Position numbers and translations under genes: made by a program | The notes under the pieces: model-generated | Databases searched by the model: none | Seen by the model: the letters and a program-made list of their open reading frames with translations, nothing else | Told to the model about the DNA's origin: nothing | Origin: Patescibacteria group bacterium | Lineage (GTDB): Bacteria > Patescibacteriota > Microgenomatia > UBA8517 | Assembly (NCBI GenBank): GCA_041742135.1 | Contig: JBGSJG010000004.1 | Span: forward strand, 364,758 to 428,757 | Reading direction: 5' to 3' | Length of the DNA stretch: 64,000 nucleotides | Part shown: piece after piece, positions 21,878-31,365 of the stretch | Numbering within the stretch: position 1 is the first letter of the stretch | Layout: the number at the start of each line of letters is the position of its first letter

Positions 21878-22276
21878 ATGAAGATAATTAAAATTCTTTT
21901 ACCCTTTTTGCTCCTTACTCCTTTAGTCGTTTTGGGCTATCGGGTTTACGATCCCTCAGAGCGAGCCGAACTCGCCTCAGACCGTGATGCTCAGGGTACA
22001 GTAGGCTATATGGCCCGCACTATTGAAGCAGCAGCATTGGCTGCTCAGCCTGTCCCCTTTCAAGCTGATGAGCTGGGTTGCGCAAAAGTTGATGGCTATT
22101 GTTATGTGGCAAACGACGAAGGTTTTATTGTTTATACCCTCGCCAAGTCTTTAACTTGGAAGGAATACTGTCACCAAAATACTACTTACATTCTTCATTC
22201 CTCGGTTGATAATTTTAATGGCATTGTGTGCGTTGACCCTCCAAAGCCCGGTAAGCAAAAATTTATTAATTCGTAA
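21878..22276 (+). CDS. secreted hypothetical protein (132 aa) with conserved Cys, inside the pilus locus
   Basis: Signal peptide MKIIKILLPFLLLTPLVVLG and Cys residues (GCAKVDGYCY...CHQ...CVDPP). No motif recognised. Confidence 0.4.
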   Translation: MKIIKILLPFLLLTPLVVLGYRVYDPSERAELASDRDAQGTVGYMARTIEAAALAAQPVPFQADELGCAKVDGYCYVANDEGFIVYTLAKSLTWKEYCHQNTTYILHSSVDNFNGIVCVDPPKPGKQKFINS

Positions 22277-22520
22277 GTTGCTCTTCGATTTTGACTATTC
22301 GATCTTCATGGTCCGTTACGCGGTTTACTATGATAACTTTCTCGTCATCATGATCGGATAACTTTTTATATATTCTAGAAGTCACTTCGTAAAACTCCTC
22401 TTTAGTTGGAAGGTGACTGATATCTGCTTTGCGCACAAAATCAACCGACTCCTCTTTGAATATTTGTCGTATCAAATTGCCAAGTGCCTGAAATTGATCT
22501 TCACTGAAGGATTTAATCAT
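22266..22520 (-). CDS. hypothetical small cytoplasmic protein (84 aa), antisense to the pilus operon
   Basis: ORF track entry. It is charged, without a transmembrane segment, and is the only minus-strand ORF between pilA and pilD. Confidence 0.35.
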   Translation of the reverse strand: MIKSFSEDQFQALGNLIRQIFKEESVDFVRKADISHLPTKEEFYEVTSRIYKKLSDHDDEKVIIVNRVTDHEDRIVKIEEQLTN

Positions 22521-22554
22521 GCATGCATGTTAGCACATTTGTTACAATGGACTA

Positions 22555-23334
22555 ATGGAGCTTCTTTTGCTTTTTGTAGCGGGTTCAGTCGCGGGATCTT
22601 TCTTGGGAGCTTTGACTTGGCGAGCTCCAAGAAATATTTCCATAGCTGCGGGAAGGAGCTTTTGCCCTCACTGCAAGCACGCTATCAGGTGGTTCGACAA
22701 CATCCCAATAGTTTCATATATAGTCTTGGGAGGAAAATGCAGGGATTGCAAAGCCGCCATACCTAGGCGAGACTGGTTTATCGAGTTGGCCATTGCGCTT
22801 TCTTTCCCAGTTATTTATTTGGCGCAAAACAGTCTTACTCAAAACATTACTTGGCTTTATGGTGTCAACGGACTGGTCCAGTTAGCAATACTGTTGTTTT
22901 TGCTTCTGTTGTCAGCTGGAATTTTTATAATCGATATTGAGCATCAATATATTCCCGACACTATGGTTTTTGTGATGTTAGCTATTGTGATACTTTCGAT
23001 GCTTGGGTTTTCGAGCCCTCAGCTTTTTGTTCACATCGCCTCCGGCCTTGGCGCAGCTGTTTTTTTACTACTGATTCATCTGGCCACTTTGGGCCGGGGT
23101 ATGGGCCTTGGGGATGTTAAGCTTGTATTGGCATTGGGCATGGTATTGGGTTTTCCTCTGACGGTAGTTTTTATGTTTCTGGCTTTTTCGATAGGTTCAA
23201 TTGTTGGGCTTGTGTTTATTATTTTAGGCAAAGCGAAGCTTAAACAAAAAATCGCTTTTGGCCCTTTTTTGATTCTGGGCTTTTGGCTTGCAGCAATTTA
23301 CGGGAATAACTTTTTGACAATATTTTATATATGA
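22555..23334 (+). CDS. pilD: prepilin peptidase PilD (A24 family)
   Basis: CPHCKHAIRWFDNIPIVSYIVLGGKCRDCKAAIP (N-terminal zinc-binding tetracysteine), multiple transmembrane segments and GLGDVKLVLALG. Confidence 0.8.
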   Translation: MELLLLFVAGSVAGSFLGALTWRAPRNISIAAGRSFCPHCKHAIRWFDNIPIVSYIVLGGKCRDCKAAIPRRDWFIELAIALSFPVIYLAQNSLTQNITWLYGVNGLVQLAILLFLLLLSAGIFIIDIEHQYIPDTMVFVMLAIVILSMLGFSSPQLFVHIASGLGAAVFLLLIHLATLGRGMGLGDVKLVLALGMVLGFPLTVVFMFLAFSIGSIVGLVFIILGKAKLKQKIAFGPFLILGFWLAAIYGNNFLTIFYI

Positions 23335-23885
23335 GGATATTAGGCTTTAAAAAAATAGAATTTATCTGGGTATTTGTGGTTTTGGTAGCAATTGGTTTTG
23401 CTACTTATACTAATTTGCAAATTTCGCTTCGCCGCGGCCGCGATGTTCAGCGAAAAAGTGACATTAAAGTCATCCATGATGCACTACTTTCTTACTTTGT
23501 GGATGAATCCTCTTTCCCTCAAGCCTTTGAAGGCAAAATCGTTGCATGTTTTGGCGGAGTGGATGCACAAGGCATTGCCCAACCTACTGCGTGCGACTGG
23601 TCTCGCGACAGTTTGACAAACATCTGGTCAAACGCGGTTTATCTCCCCCACTTGCCCACAGACCCACACCATAATGATGGCGCACGGTATTACTATATTT
23701 CAAACGGCAGATACTTCCAGCTTTACGCCGCTCTTGAGAGCTCAAGTGAGGCAGAATATGACAAGTCAATTGTCGCCCGCAACATAATGTGCGGAGATCG
23801 GGTGTGCAACTTTGGGCTTGCTTCCTACGGCGCTCCCCTTGATAAATCTATCGAAGAATATGAGAATGAATTAAGGATGAAATGA
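23331..23885 (+). CDS. prepilin-like (pseudopilin) protein
   Basis: LGFKKIEFIWVFVVLVAIG has Gly at -1, Phe at +1 and Glu at +5. It is followed by RRGRDVQRKSDIKVIHDALLSYF, paralogous to the downstream pilins. Confidence 0.5.
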   Translation: MRILGFKKIEFIWVFVVLVAIGFATYTNLQISLRRGRDVQRKSDIKVIHDALLSYFVDESSFPQAFEGKIVACFGGVDAQGIAQPTACDWSRDSLTNIWSNAVYLPHLPTDPHHNDGARYYYISNGRYFQLYAALESSSEAEYDKSIVARNIMCGDRVCNFGLASYGAPLDKSIEEYENELRMK

Positions 23886-24328
23886 AAAAAGGTTTTACAC
23901 TGATTGAACTATTAATTGTTGTCGCAGTTTTGGGTGTTTTGGGATCAATTGTCGTAATCAGTTTTAACGGCTCTCAGGCTTCGGCTCGTGATGCAAGGCG
24001 AGCTTCAGACGTTCGGCAATATGCAGTGGCGCTTGAGTCTTACTCAAACTCTCACAGTGGCAACTACCCCAGTGGAGACTTAACAATTAGTAGCTCAGCC
24101 GTGCTTTGCCCAACTATTAATGTTGGCAATTGTGCACTAGATCCCAAAAACACCTCGCCATATCAATATAGGTACAATTCTAATGGCGCGACTTACGCTC
24201 TTTGGGCGCGCCTTGAGAGAAACGCCGGAGCCACGGCGCAATATTTTGTTCTTTGCTCTGATGGAAAAGTTGGTAAAACTACTAATGATCCAGCCGGTGG
24301 GTGTGGCAGCGTGACAATAATTCCATGA
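23882..24328 (+). CDS. type IV pilin paralog
   Basis: MKKGFTLIELLIVVAVLGVLGSIVVISF and QASARDARRASDVRQYAVALESYSN. ATGA overlap with the upstream gene. Confidence 0.7.
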   Translation: MKKGFTLIELLIVVAVLGVLGSIVVISFNGSQASARDARRASDVRQYAVALESYSNSHSGNYPSGDLTISSSAVLCPTINVGNCALDPKNTSPYQYRYNSNGATYALWARLERNAGATAQYFVLCSDGKVGKTTNDPAGGCGSVTIIP

Positions 24329-24804
24329 GAGTAAACAGATCTGGTTTTACTTTGATCGAACTTTTGGTTGTTATGATAATAATTATGGCACTCGGAACAA
24401 TTGCAGTTATCACATTTACCGGGGCGCAGGCCTCGGCTCGTGACGCTAGGCGTATTTCTGATTTGAAAGAGTACCAAACTGCTTTGGAATTGTACTCAAA
24501 CGGTAATGATTTTTATTATCCAAGGCACCCATCGTGTTCTTCTTTTTTCTGTCTATTAAGCCCTCAGCCATACGATGCTGTGGGTTTATGTAGTCGTTTG
24601 GGGCTAGCTAACTGCGCGCGCGACCCTAAAGTTGCTGATAGCTGGCAGGACTATAAATATATTACGAACGCTTTGCTAGAGCGATATGTTTTGTGGGCGC
24701 GTCTTGAAAAGACTGACGAATATTTTGTGGTATGTTCTAACGGAAAAAGCGGGAAAGAACCTGTCAGTGGTTTTAGTGCATATGCAGCAAATTGCCCAAT
24801 TTAA
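24325..24804 (+). CDS. type IV pilin paralog
   Basis: MRVNRSGFTLIELLVVMIIIMALGTIAVITF and QASARDARRISDLKEYQTALELYSN. The track ORF starts at 24301, but the ATG at 24325 gives an ATGA overlap with the upstream stop. Confidence 0.7.
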   Translation: MRVNRSGFTLIELLVVMIIIMALGTIAVITFTGAQASARDARRISDLKEYQTALELYSNGNDFYYPRHPSCSSFFCLLSPQPYDAVGLCSRLGLANCARDPKVADSWQDYKYITNALLERYVLWARLEKTDEYFVVCSNGKSGKEPVSGFSAYAANCPI

Positions 24805-25238
24805 TGATCAAAAATAAAGGTTTTACACTTATTGAGCTTTTGGTGACAATATCCATAATTGGATTGTTGGCCTCCATTGCCACTTTTGCTCTGACTAATG
24901 CCCAAAAAAGCGCTCGAGATGGAAAGAGAAAGGCGGATTTGGAAAATGTTGCAATCGGGCTTGAGTTGTATCGTTCTGATTGTGGCGCGTATCCAAGCGG
25001 TGTGTCTTTTGGAGGAACTTTGATGGGCAGTGGTTCTTGTAACGGTGTTACTTATATTTCAGACGTTCCAAATGATCCAAAAGCACCTAGAGTTTATAGA
25101 TACTACTCGGTTGCTCCGTTTGTGTCTTACAAGCTCTGTGCCCTGCTCGAAGAGACGCCGGGAACTACTTATAATGTTACAGGGTGCCTCGACTGCGAAA
25201 CTGGTGTAAGTTGCAATTATTCAATTTCTAGGCCATGA
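24804..25238 (+). CDS. type IV pilin paralog
   Basis: MIKNKGFTLIELLVTISIIGLLASIA and QKSARDGKRKADLENVAIGLELY. The track ORF starts at 24792, and the ATG at 24804 gives a TAATG overlap with the upstream stop. Confidence 0.7.
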   Translation: MIKNKGFTLIELLVTISIIGLLASIATFALTNAQKSARDGKRKADLENVAIGLELYRSDCGAYPSGVSFGGTLMGSGSCNGVTYISDVPNDPKAPRVYRYYSVAPFVSYKLCALLEETPGTTYNVTGCLDCETGVSCNYSISRP

Positions 25239-25741
25239 AGAGAGGTTTCTCGCTTATCGAGCTTTTGGTGGTAATTAGCATTATGGGCCTGCTTCTTATT
25301 GGCGGTGTGATTGGTTATCGCGAGTACGCCAGACGACAGGAAACGCAGAATGTAAAACGGCAAATTATTACTGATCTTCGAGAGGCACAGTCTAATGCTT
25401 CAAATGGCTACAAACCGTCAGGATGTGCTGGTACACTTTTGGGTTATGGTTTTGAGGTCACAAGCCCCAGTAGTATCCTCCCCCCCGGAAGTTACGAAGT
25501 TTATGCTGAGTGCGAGACCGGCCCCGGAACTTCGGCACGCTACAACATAATTGAGAGGAATTACAATTCGATATTAGTCACACGTCCTGCCACCAACCCG
25601 ATCATCTTTGAGCCTTTGGATCTTGGTACCAACTTGGGTTCGGCGGTATCGATTAGTGCTGTAAATTTTAACGACTGGCTTGATTTTGGTGATGATTACA
25701 CTTTGACCGTTTCTGTAAGCCCTGTGGGTGAAATAAGATGA
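25235..25741 (+). CDS. type IV pilin paralog
   Basis: MKRGFSLIELLVVISIMGLLLIGGVIGY. ATGA overlap with the upstream gene. Confidence 0.7.
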   Translation: MKRGFSLIELLVVISIMGLLLIGGVIGYREYARRQETQNVKRQIITDLREAQSNASNGYKPSGCAGTLLGYGFEVTSPSSILPPGSYEVYAECETGPGTSARYNIIERNYNSILVTRPATNPIIFEPLDLGTNLGSAVSISAVNFNDWLDFGDDYTLTVSVSPVGEIR

Positions 25742-26178
25742 TAAAAAACACCAAAGGCCAATCAATGTTTGAGCTTTTGGTTGCTGTGTTTGTAGTTGCT
25801 GTGACGTTAGTGGCACTACTTGGGCTTGTGACTGGGGCAATTGGAAACTCAACCTTTGCCGGCGAGAGGACACAAGCTGCGAAATATACTCAGCAAGCAG
25901 TTGAGTGGTTGCGCGCGCAAAGGGATGCTGATTGGGCAGTTTTTTCCGGCCGCGGAAGCGAAGCAGGAACAACATACTGCCTAAATGGGCTGGACTGGAA
26001 CACAGGAGGCTGTAGTAGCGCTGAACTGATTGACGCCAAATTCAAGCGCGAAGTAGTTTTGATTTATGATTCGGCAGCTGAATCAGTAGAAGCCCAGATC
26101 ATTACAAGCTGGAGTGACGCCTCGGGGCTACATGAGTCGAAAGCAACGACTAATTTTACCAATTGGAGGACAAGATGA
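25738..26178 (+). CDS. minor pilin-like protein (PilV/PilW-like)
   Basis: KGQSMFELLVAVFVVAVTLVALLGL, a prepilin-type N-terminus with Glu at +5. ATGA overlap with the upstream gene. Confidence 0.5.
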   Translation: MIKNTKGQSMFELLVAVFVVAVTLVALLGLVTGAIGNSTFAGERTQAAKYTQQAVEWLRAQRDADWAVFSGRGSEAGTTYCLNGLDWNTGGCSSAELIDAKFKREVVLIYDSAAESVEAQIITSWSDASGLHESKATTNFTNWRTR

Positions 26179-26684
26179 AAAAAGGATTCTCGCTTATTGA
26201 GACACTAGTTGTTATCGGGCTTTTTGCGTTAATTGCGACAGTTGTCGCTCGCTCGACCGCATTTAGCTTGTCAGGATCGAGAAAATCTGACACGTCATCA
26301 ATGGTTCGTGAAGAGCTTGAGAACGCTGTTGGAGTTGTTGAGCGGCATTTGCGATCAGCTAAAAGTATAGACGCAACCAGCTGTACAGGCTTGGAGATGT
26401 CGTCAATAAATTACATCGACCAGTCTGGAGCAGCAGCGACCTTTACTTGTGTGGAAGATGGTGACTGTTCGGGCACACCTGATTCGCAAATTGCGTGGAG
26501 TGGTTCAAGGCTCACGAGCCAGCAAAATATCTGTCTTAGGCAGTGCAAGTTTACTTGCACACAGGCCGTCGGCAATCTGCCGCCGACAGTAAAAATTTTG
26601 GTTGAAGGTGTTGCTAAAGGAACAACTGGGGTTGAGGGCTCTGCAATAACAGTCGAAACGAGCGTAACTCTTAGGGCTTATTGA
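26175..26684 (+). CDS. minor pilin-like protein
   Basis: MKKGFSLIETLVVIGLFALIATVVA. The track ORF starts at 26163, and the ATG at 26175 gives an ATGA overlap. Confidence 0.6.
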   Translation: MKKGFSLIETLVVIGLFALIATVVARSTAFSLSGSRKSDTSSMVREELENAVGVVERHLRSAKSIDATSCTGLEMSSINYIDQSGAAATFTCVEDGDCSGTPDSQIAWSGSRLTSQQNICLRQCKFTCTQAVGNLPPTVKILVEGVAKGTTGVEGSAITVETSVTLRAY

Positions 26685-26714
26685 CTGGTGTAAGTAGTCC
26701 CTCTAAACTGAAAC

Positions 26715-27614
26715 ATGGAGTCAACTATGCAAAAAAACAATTCCGGACAGGTTCTTCTTTTGGTTCTTTTGGCTATGGCCGCTGTAGCCACAATGGCGCT
26801 TTCTGTGGTTTCACGGTCTATTACAGGCGTGACAGTTTCCACCCGTGACGAGGAATCTTTAAGGGCCTTTTCTGCTGCTGAAGCAGGGGTTGAACAAGCG
26901 CTTGTTACCGGAACTCAACAAGGTATTATTGATGGTAGTGTGGACCCCATTGTGCAAACTTTCCCCGCCGCGGACGGAACATCGCTCGTAAGTAGTTTCA
27001 CAGCAAACATTGAGCGTTATCCGCCCAATGCCTCTCAGTTTAATTACCCTTTCGAACTTGAAAGCGGTGAATCCGGCTCTGTTTGGCTTGCTACAAAAAG
27101 TGGCAGTGAGGTTTTGGATTGTAGTGGCCCTGGTTCTGGTGAGTGTTTTTCTGGTGCAAGTTTAAATCTTTGTTGGGGAAAGGTAGGATCAGATTTGTCA
27201 GCTGTTATGGTTAATATTTTGTACAAAGACGCTACTGACCAGTATGCTACTCGCCCAGTTGGGTACGATCCAGATCCAAGCCGTAGAAGCACCAATAATT
27301 TTTTGGCTACAGGAAGCGCTACTGCCATAGACATAGATGGTCAGGCTTATGCTGCGTGTGCTAATTTGAATCTCGATGCTCTTATTGGCGCATCGAGTAC
27401 CCCAATTCTCATGCGTGTGACGAGTCTTTATAACACTGTGCCACAAATCTTTGGCGTTAGTGCATCAAGTAACTTACCAATTCAAGGCCGCAAAGTTAGT
27501 TCTACTGGAGTATCAGGAGACTCGAGCCGTAAAATTGATGCATTTTTACTTAACCCTGAAGTACCATTTATTTTTGATGCTGCCGTTTATTCAGAGGGAG
27601 GACTTACAAAATGA
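26715..27614 (+). CDS. PilX-like pilus-associated protein
   Basis: NNSGQVLLLVLLAMAAVATMALSVVSRS...RAFSAAEAGVEQAL resembles the PilX N-terminal domain. Confidence 0.5.
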   Translation: MESTMQKNNSGQVLLLVLLAMAAVATMALSVVSRSITGVTVSTRDEESLRAFSAAEAGVEQALVTGTQQGIIDGSVDPIVQTFPAADGTSLVSSFTANIERYPPNASQFNYPFELESGESGSVWLATKSGSEVLDCSGPGSGECFSGASLNLCWGKVGSDLSAVMVNILYKDATDQYATRPVGYDPDPSRRSTNNFLATGSATAIDIDGQAYAACANLNLDALIGASSTPILMRVTSLYNTVPQIFGVSASSNLPIQGRKVSSTGVSGDSSRKIDAFLLNPEVPFIFDAAVYSEGGLTK

Positions 27615-28630
27615 GTATAGGACTAGACATTGGATCAAAATCAATTAAGGTAGTCGAGCTTGCTCGTGAGGGCAAAGAGTGGGCTCTTCGGTCTGCGGGC
27701 GCCGTGGGATATGCCGGGCCAGTGATTGACGCATCTTTTAGCGATGAAAAAGCGATTGCTGAAATTGCTGGGGTTATTAAAAAATTACTCAAAGACGCAA
27801 GGATCAATGGCCGAGACATTTCAATATCTCTTCCAGAGACTCAGGTTTTTACTCGTGTGATGCAATTTCCCCTTCTGACCGATGCTGAGATTGCCTCGGC
27901 AGTAAAATGGGAAGCTGAGGAATACATTCCAATACCAATCAAGGACGCAATAATTGAGCATCAAGTTATTGAGCGAGTAGAAAACGCAAACCCTCCACAA
28001 GTTTTGGTTTTGTTGGTGGCCGCACTTCGTAGTTTGGTCGAAACCTATGTAAATATTTGTAGTAAAGCTGGCTTAAATGTTGTTGGCGTGGAAACCGAGC
28101 TTGTATCGATGATCCGAAGCTTGGCTCAGCCTGAAAAGGCCGTCTTGATCGTCGATTTTGGAGCTCACTCGACAGACATTGCCATCACTAAAAACGAACA
28201 GCTTTATTTTTCCCGTTCTATCCCCACAGCAGGTGACGCATTTACGCGCGCTGTGGCTCAGTCGCTTGGGGTTACAATCCAGCAGGCAGAAGAATATAAG
28301 CGAACATACGGACTAAGCGAGGATCAACTCGAAGGCAAAGTTGGGCAATCTTTGGAACCAATAATCAAAATGGTGGTAACTGAAATCAAAAAAGCCATCC
28401 ATTACTATCAGCTCAACATCAAAGGAGAAAGCCCAAATTCGATAATTCTTGCTGGGGGCTCCGCTGGGTTGCCCGGTGTTGCACCTATTTTAACAAGTAA
28501 TTTGGGAATAGAAGTAGTTATTGGCTCAGCTTTTGGCAAGGTGAAAGTAGATCCAAACATTGCTAAAAGCTTGGCTAACTATGCTCCCCTTTATGCTGTC
28601 GCGGCAGGTTTAGCTATGAGAGGAGACTAA
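27611..28630 (+). CDS. pilM: type IV pilus assembly protein PilM (actin-like ATPase)
   Basis: MSIGLDIGSKSIKVVEL at the N-terminus. About 340 aa with an ASKHA fold pattern. Confidence 0.8.
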   Translation: MSIGLDIGSKSIKVVELAREGKEWALRSAGAVGYAGPVIDASFSDEKAIAEIAGVIKKLLKDARINGRDISISLPETQVFTRVMQFPLLTDAEIASAVKWEAEEYIPIPIKDAIIEHQVIERVENANPPQVLVLLVAALRSLVETYVNICSKAGLNVVGVETELVSMIRSLAQPEKAVLIVDFGAHSTDIAITKNEQLYFSRSIPTAGDAFTRAVAQSLGVTIQQAEEYKRTYGLSEDQLEGKVGQSLEPIIKMVVTEIKKAIHYYQLNIKGESPNSIILAGGSAGLPGVAPILTSNLGIEVVIGSAFGKVKVDPNIAKSLANYAPLYAVAAGLAMRGD

Positions 28631-28631
28631 A

Positions 28632-29156
28632 ATGGTTAGTATCAACCTTCTACCCAAAGACTCGGCTCCAAGTAAAAATGAGCTAAGGTTTGCTAGCGCT
28701 ATCAATAAAATCGCGATGTTTTCGGTCGCAGTTTTCCTACTTATTTGTGTTTTTGGAGGTGGGGCATATTTTATTCTTGCGCGGCAATTGCAAAGCGCAA
28801 ACGACGATGCCCAGCGACTATCAACTAGTGTACAGAGCTTGCAGTCAAGTGAATCTAGTTTAATTTTGATACGCGACCGCGTTCAAAAAGCTCAAGCTGC
28901 GCTTAATTCACGAATTAGTGAGGGCTATTTTGATAAACATCAAAAAATATTATCTCTGGATATTCCTGGCATCAGTTTTGTAAGTAGCACTGTTGATTCT
29001 GGAAAGTCTGTTATAGAGCTTGAAATTTCAGGCTCGGCGAGTATGGCTTCTCTTTTTTCAACGCTCTTGGCAGATAGCCAATTTTCATCATTGATATTGG
29101 AAAAATTGTCATATAACTCTCTTACCGGATACGATGTGACACTGCAAGTATATTAG
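28632..29156 (+). CDS. pilN: type IV pilus assembly protein PilN
   Basis: MVSINLLPKD (the INLLP motif), followed by a transmembrane segment and a coiled coil. Confidence 0.65.
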   Translation: MVSINLLPKDSAPSKNELRFASAINKIAMFSVAVFLLICVFGGGAYFILARQLQSANDDAQRLSTSVQSLQSSESSLILIRDRVQKAQAALNSRISEGYFDKHQKILSLDIPGISFVSSTVDSGKSVIELEISGSASMASLFSTLLADSQFSSLILEKLSYNSLTGYDVTLQVY

Positions 29157-29158
29157 CT

Positions 29159-29848
29159 ATGAAGTACAATAAATATCGCAAACTAGTTTTGCCCGCCGGA
29201 GTGGCACTTTTTATGATAGTAGGAAGTGTGTTTTTGGCAAATTTTTTGTACACCAGAATAACGCAGATTTTGGCAGAGACCGCGCAGCAAGACACAAAAA
29301 ACAACATTCTTGAGGGCAGACTCGCAACTCTTCAGGCATTGTCGGAAGACATCAAAGAAGGTGCTAATGCTGTAACGTTTGCAATTCCTGACAAAAACCC
29401 TTCAGTTTTAATCCTGAATCAACTCAAGAGTTTAGCAGGTGACAATAACATACTTCTTGAAAATATTTCAATTTCTTCACAGCCATTGGCCGAAGAAACT
29501 GGACTTGTATCTTATACAATTAGTTTTGAAGCTCAGGCTTCCAGCACTCAAATTCTTATAGATTTTGTCGACGGACTATCTAGCGTAACACCCATTATAA
29601 ATATTTCGACTCTAGAGATTAAAAGCGGCCTTGCTTCTGATGTCACGGCTACCTTGGGCCTTATGGCATATTCTGCGCCATTTCCCGAGCAATTGCCTGC
29701 TTTAGAAGAGCCTTTGGTAGGTTTATCCCCTGAGGAGCAGTCAGTTCTTGATACAATTCAGACATTTACGCGACCTGAAGTTTTTACCTCGGGCGATCCA
29801 GCCACGCAAGTAGTACCGAGGGAAAATCCATTCTTCTTGGAATTTTAG
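29159..29848 (+). CDS. PilO-like pilus assembly protein
   Basis: Single transmembrane segment plus a coiled-coil and periplasmic domain, positioned after pilN. Confidence 0.5.
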   Translation: MKYNKYRKLVLPAGVALFMIVGSVFLANFLYTRITQILAETAQQDTKNNILEGRLATLQALSEDIKEGANAVTFAIPDKNPSVLILNQLKSLAGDNNILLENISISSQPLAEETGLVSYTISFEAQASSTQILIDFVDGLSSVTPIINISTLEIKSGLASDVTATLGLMAYSAPFPEQLPALEEPLVGLSPEEQSVLDTIQTFTRPEVFTSGDPATQVVPRENPFFLEF

Positions 29849-29849
29849 T

Positions 29850-30089
29850 TTAAGCTTCTTTTGGGGAGACGTTGATGTTCACTGCAACGCGTTCTTTGGT
29901 AGCCTTAATGCTTAAGATCTTTCGGATGTTTTTGATTGTCTTGCCTTCACGGCCAATAATTAAGCCAATTATGTTTGGATCTGCAACAACTTCAAAGTTG
30001 ACTACGTTTTCTTCTGGATTTTGCTCTTCAATTGTAAAGTCTGAGCTTCCAGTTATTGACTGGAGGATATACTCTAGTGCATTTTTCAT
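29850..30089 (-). CDS. KH-domain RNA-binding protein (UPF0109 family)
   Basis: IIGLIIGREGKTIKNIRKIL, the KH GxxG motif. Conserved position upstream of rpsP. Confidence 0.7.
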   Translation of the reverse strand: MKNALEYILQSITGSSDFTIEEQNPEENVVNFEVVADPNIIGLIIGREGKTIKNIRKILSIKATKERVAVNINVSPKEA

Positions 30090-30093
30090 GGGT

Positions 30094-30312
30094 TTATTCT
30101 AAAAGTTTCGAGACTGTCGGGCTAACAAGTGCACCTTGGGATACATATTTATCGACTGTTTTTTTGTCAATCTTGATCACATTCGCTCGAGGGTTCCAAA
30201 AACCAAGTATTGCCAAAGGCTCACCATCTCTTTTCTTAGAAGAATCTATAGCAACAACACGATAGAAGGGGTCGTTCTTTTTTCCTTGCCTAGCTAGTCT
30301 GATTTTAATCAT
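30094..30312 (-). CDS. rpsP: 30S ribosomal protein S16
   Basis: [41 protein letters not shown]. Confidence 0.9.
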   Translation of the reverse strand: MIKIRLARQGKKNDPFYRVVAIDSSKKRDGEPLAILGFWNPRANVIKIDKKTVDKYVSQGALVSPTVSKLLE

Positions 30313-30320
30313 ACGTTATT

Positions 30321-31022
30321 TTACCTTTTTACCTCAAAATTTACAAGCCCAACTGCAGCTGCTGCTTTTTCGGCGCGAGATTTACTTTTACCCGACCCAA
30401 CCGCAATTTGTTTTCCGTTTACGCTAACTTCCACGATAAACACCTTGTTGTGATCTGGTCCAGATTCGCTCACCACTCCATACTTGGGTGTTCCCATGCC
30501 TTGAGCTTGGAGCACCTCTTGAAGCCTACTCTTACTGTCTTTAAGGGGCATTTTTAGTGTCTCGTCAACGTTAGTCAGTAAGCAATTATCTATAAAATTC
30601 TTAGCTGACTTTAGCCCTCCGTCAATATACATTGCGCCAATTATCGCCTCTACAGTATCAGCCAAAAGCGACTCATTTTTTCGGCCTCCACCCTGCTCTT
30701 CGCCTTTTGAAAGCTTGAGATGTTGCCCAAGCTCAAGTTTTTCGGCGAGCATTCCCAGGTTCTGAGTATTTACAATGTTGGCTCGAAGAGCAGTCAAGAA
30801 ACCTTCTTCTTTTGTAGGAAATTTGCGGTACAAGTAGGCTGATACTACAAATTCCAGTATTGCGTCCCCTAGAAATTCAAGTCTTTCGTTATTTCCATCA
30901 TGGATTGAGTTTTCATTTATCCAGGAGCGGTGAGTCAAAGCCCGCTCTAAAAGTAATGCATCCGAAAAACTGTCACGAATGTCGTCAATGTTTTTGTATA
31001 ATTTTTTATAAGATTTCATCAT
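30321..31022 (-). CDS. rnc: ribonuclease III
   Basis: ERLEFLGDAILEFVVSAYLY (RNase III signature) plus a C-terminal dsRBD. Confidence 0.9.
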   Translation of the reverse strand: MMKSYKKLYKNIDDIRDSFSDALLLERALTHRSWINENSIHDGNNERLEFLGDAILEFVVSAYLYRKFPTKEEGFLTALRANIVNTQNLGMLAEKLELGQHLKLSKGEEQGGGRKNESLLADTVEAIIGAMYIDGGLKSAKNFIDNCLLTNVDETLKMPLKDSKSRLQEVLQAQGMGTPKYGVVSESGPDHNKVFIVEVSVNGKQIAVGSGKSKSRAEKAAAAVGLVNFEVKR

Positions 31023-31365
31023 GTCTTTTTAGAATATCCCCTAAAACACCGTTTACAAACGACGGGGAGTTCTCGCCGCCGTATTCTTTTGCCAGCTCCA
31101 CCGCTTCGTCTACGATAACTTTGCTTGGCGTTTTTGTAAAAAGCAGCTCATAAATTGCTAGGCGCAACATTGCGAGATCAATTCTGTTGAGCTTTTCTGG
31201 CGGCCACTGGGGCGCGCTCTCGGCAATTTCCAGATCAATCTTTTCGCTTTGTGCCATAACTTCACGCGCAAGCGGGCCTATTTTTTGATCGTTATACGAG
31301 AATGCAAAAAGGTCTTTTATGGCTTCTCTTCGCCTTTTATGCCTGGGGTCCAGCCGAGACTTCAT
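31006..31365 (-). CDS. nusB: transcription antitermination factor NusB
   Basis: RRREAIKDLFAF...LAMLRLAIYELLF...VIVDEAVELAKEYGGENSPSFVNGVLGDI. Confidence 0.7.
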   Translation of the reverse strand: MKSRLDPRHKRRREAIKDLFAFSYNDQKIGPLAREVMAQSEKIDLEIAESAPQWPPEKLNRIDLAMLRLAIYELLFTKTPSKVIVDEAVELAKEYGGENSPSFVNGVLGDILKRHDEIL

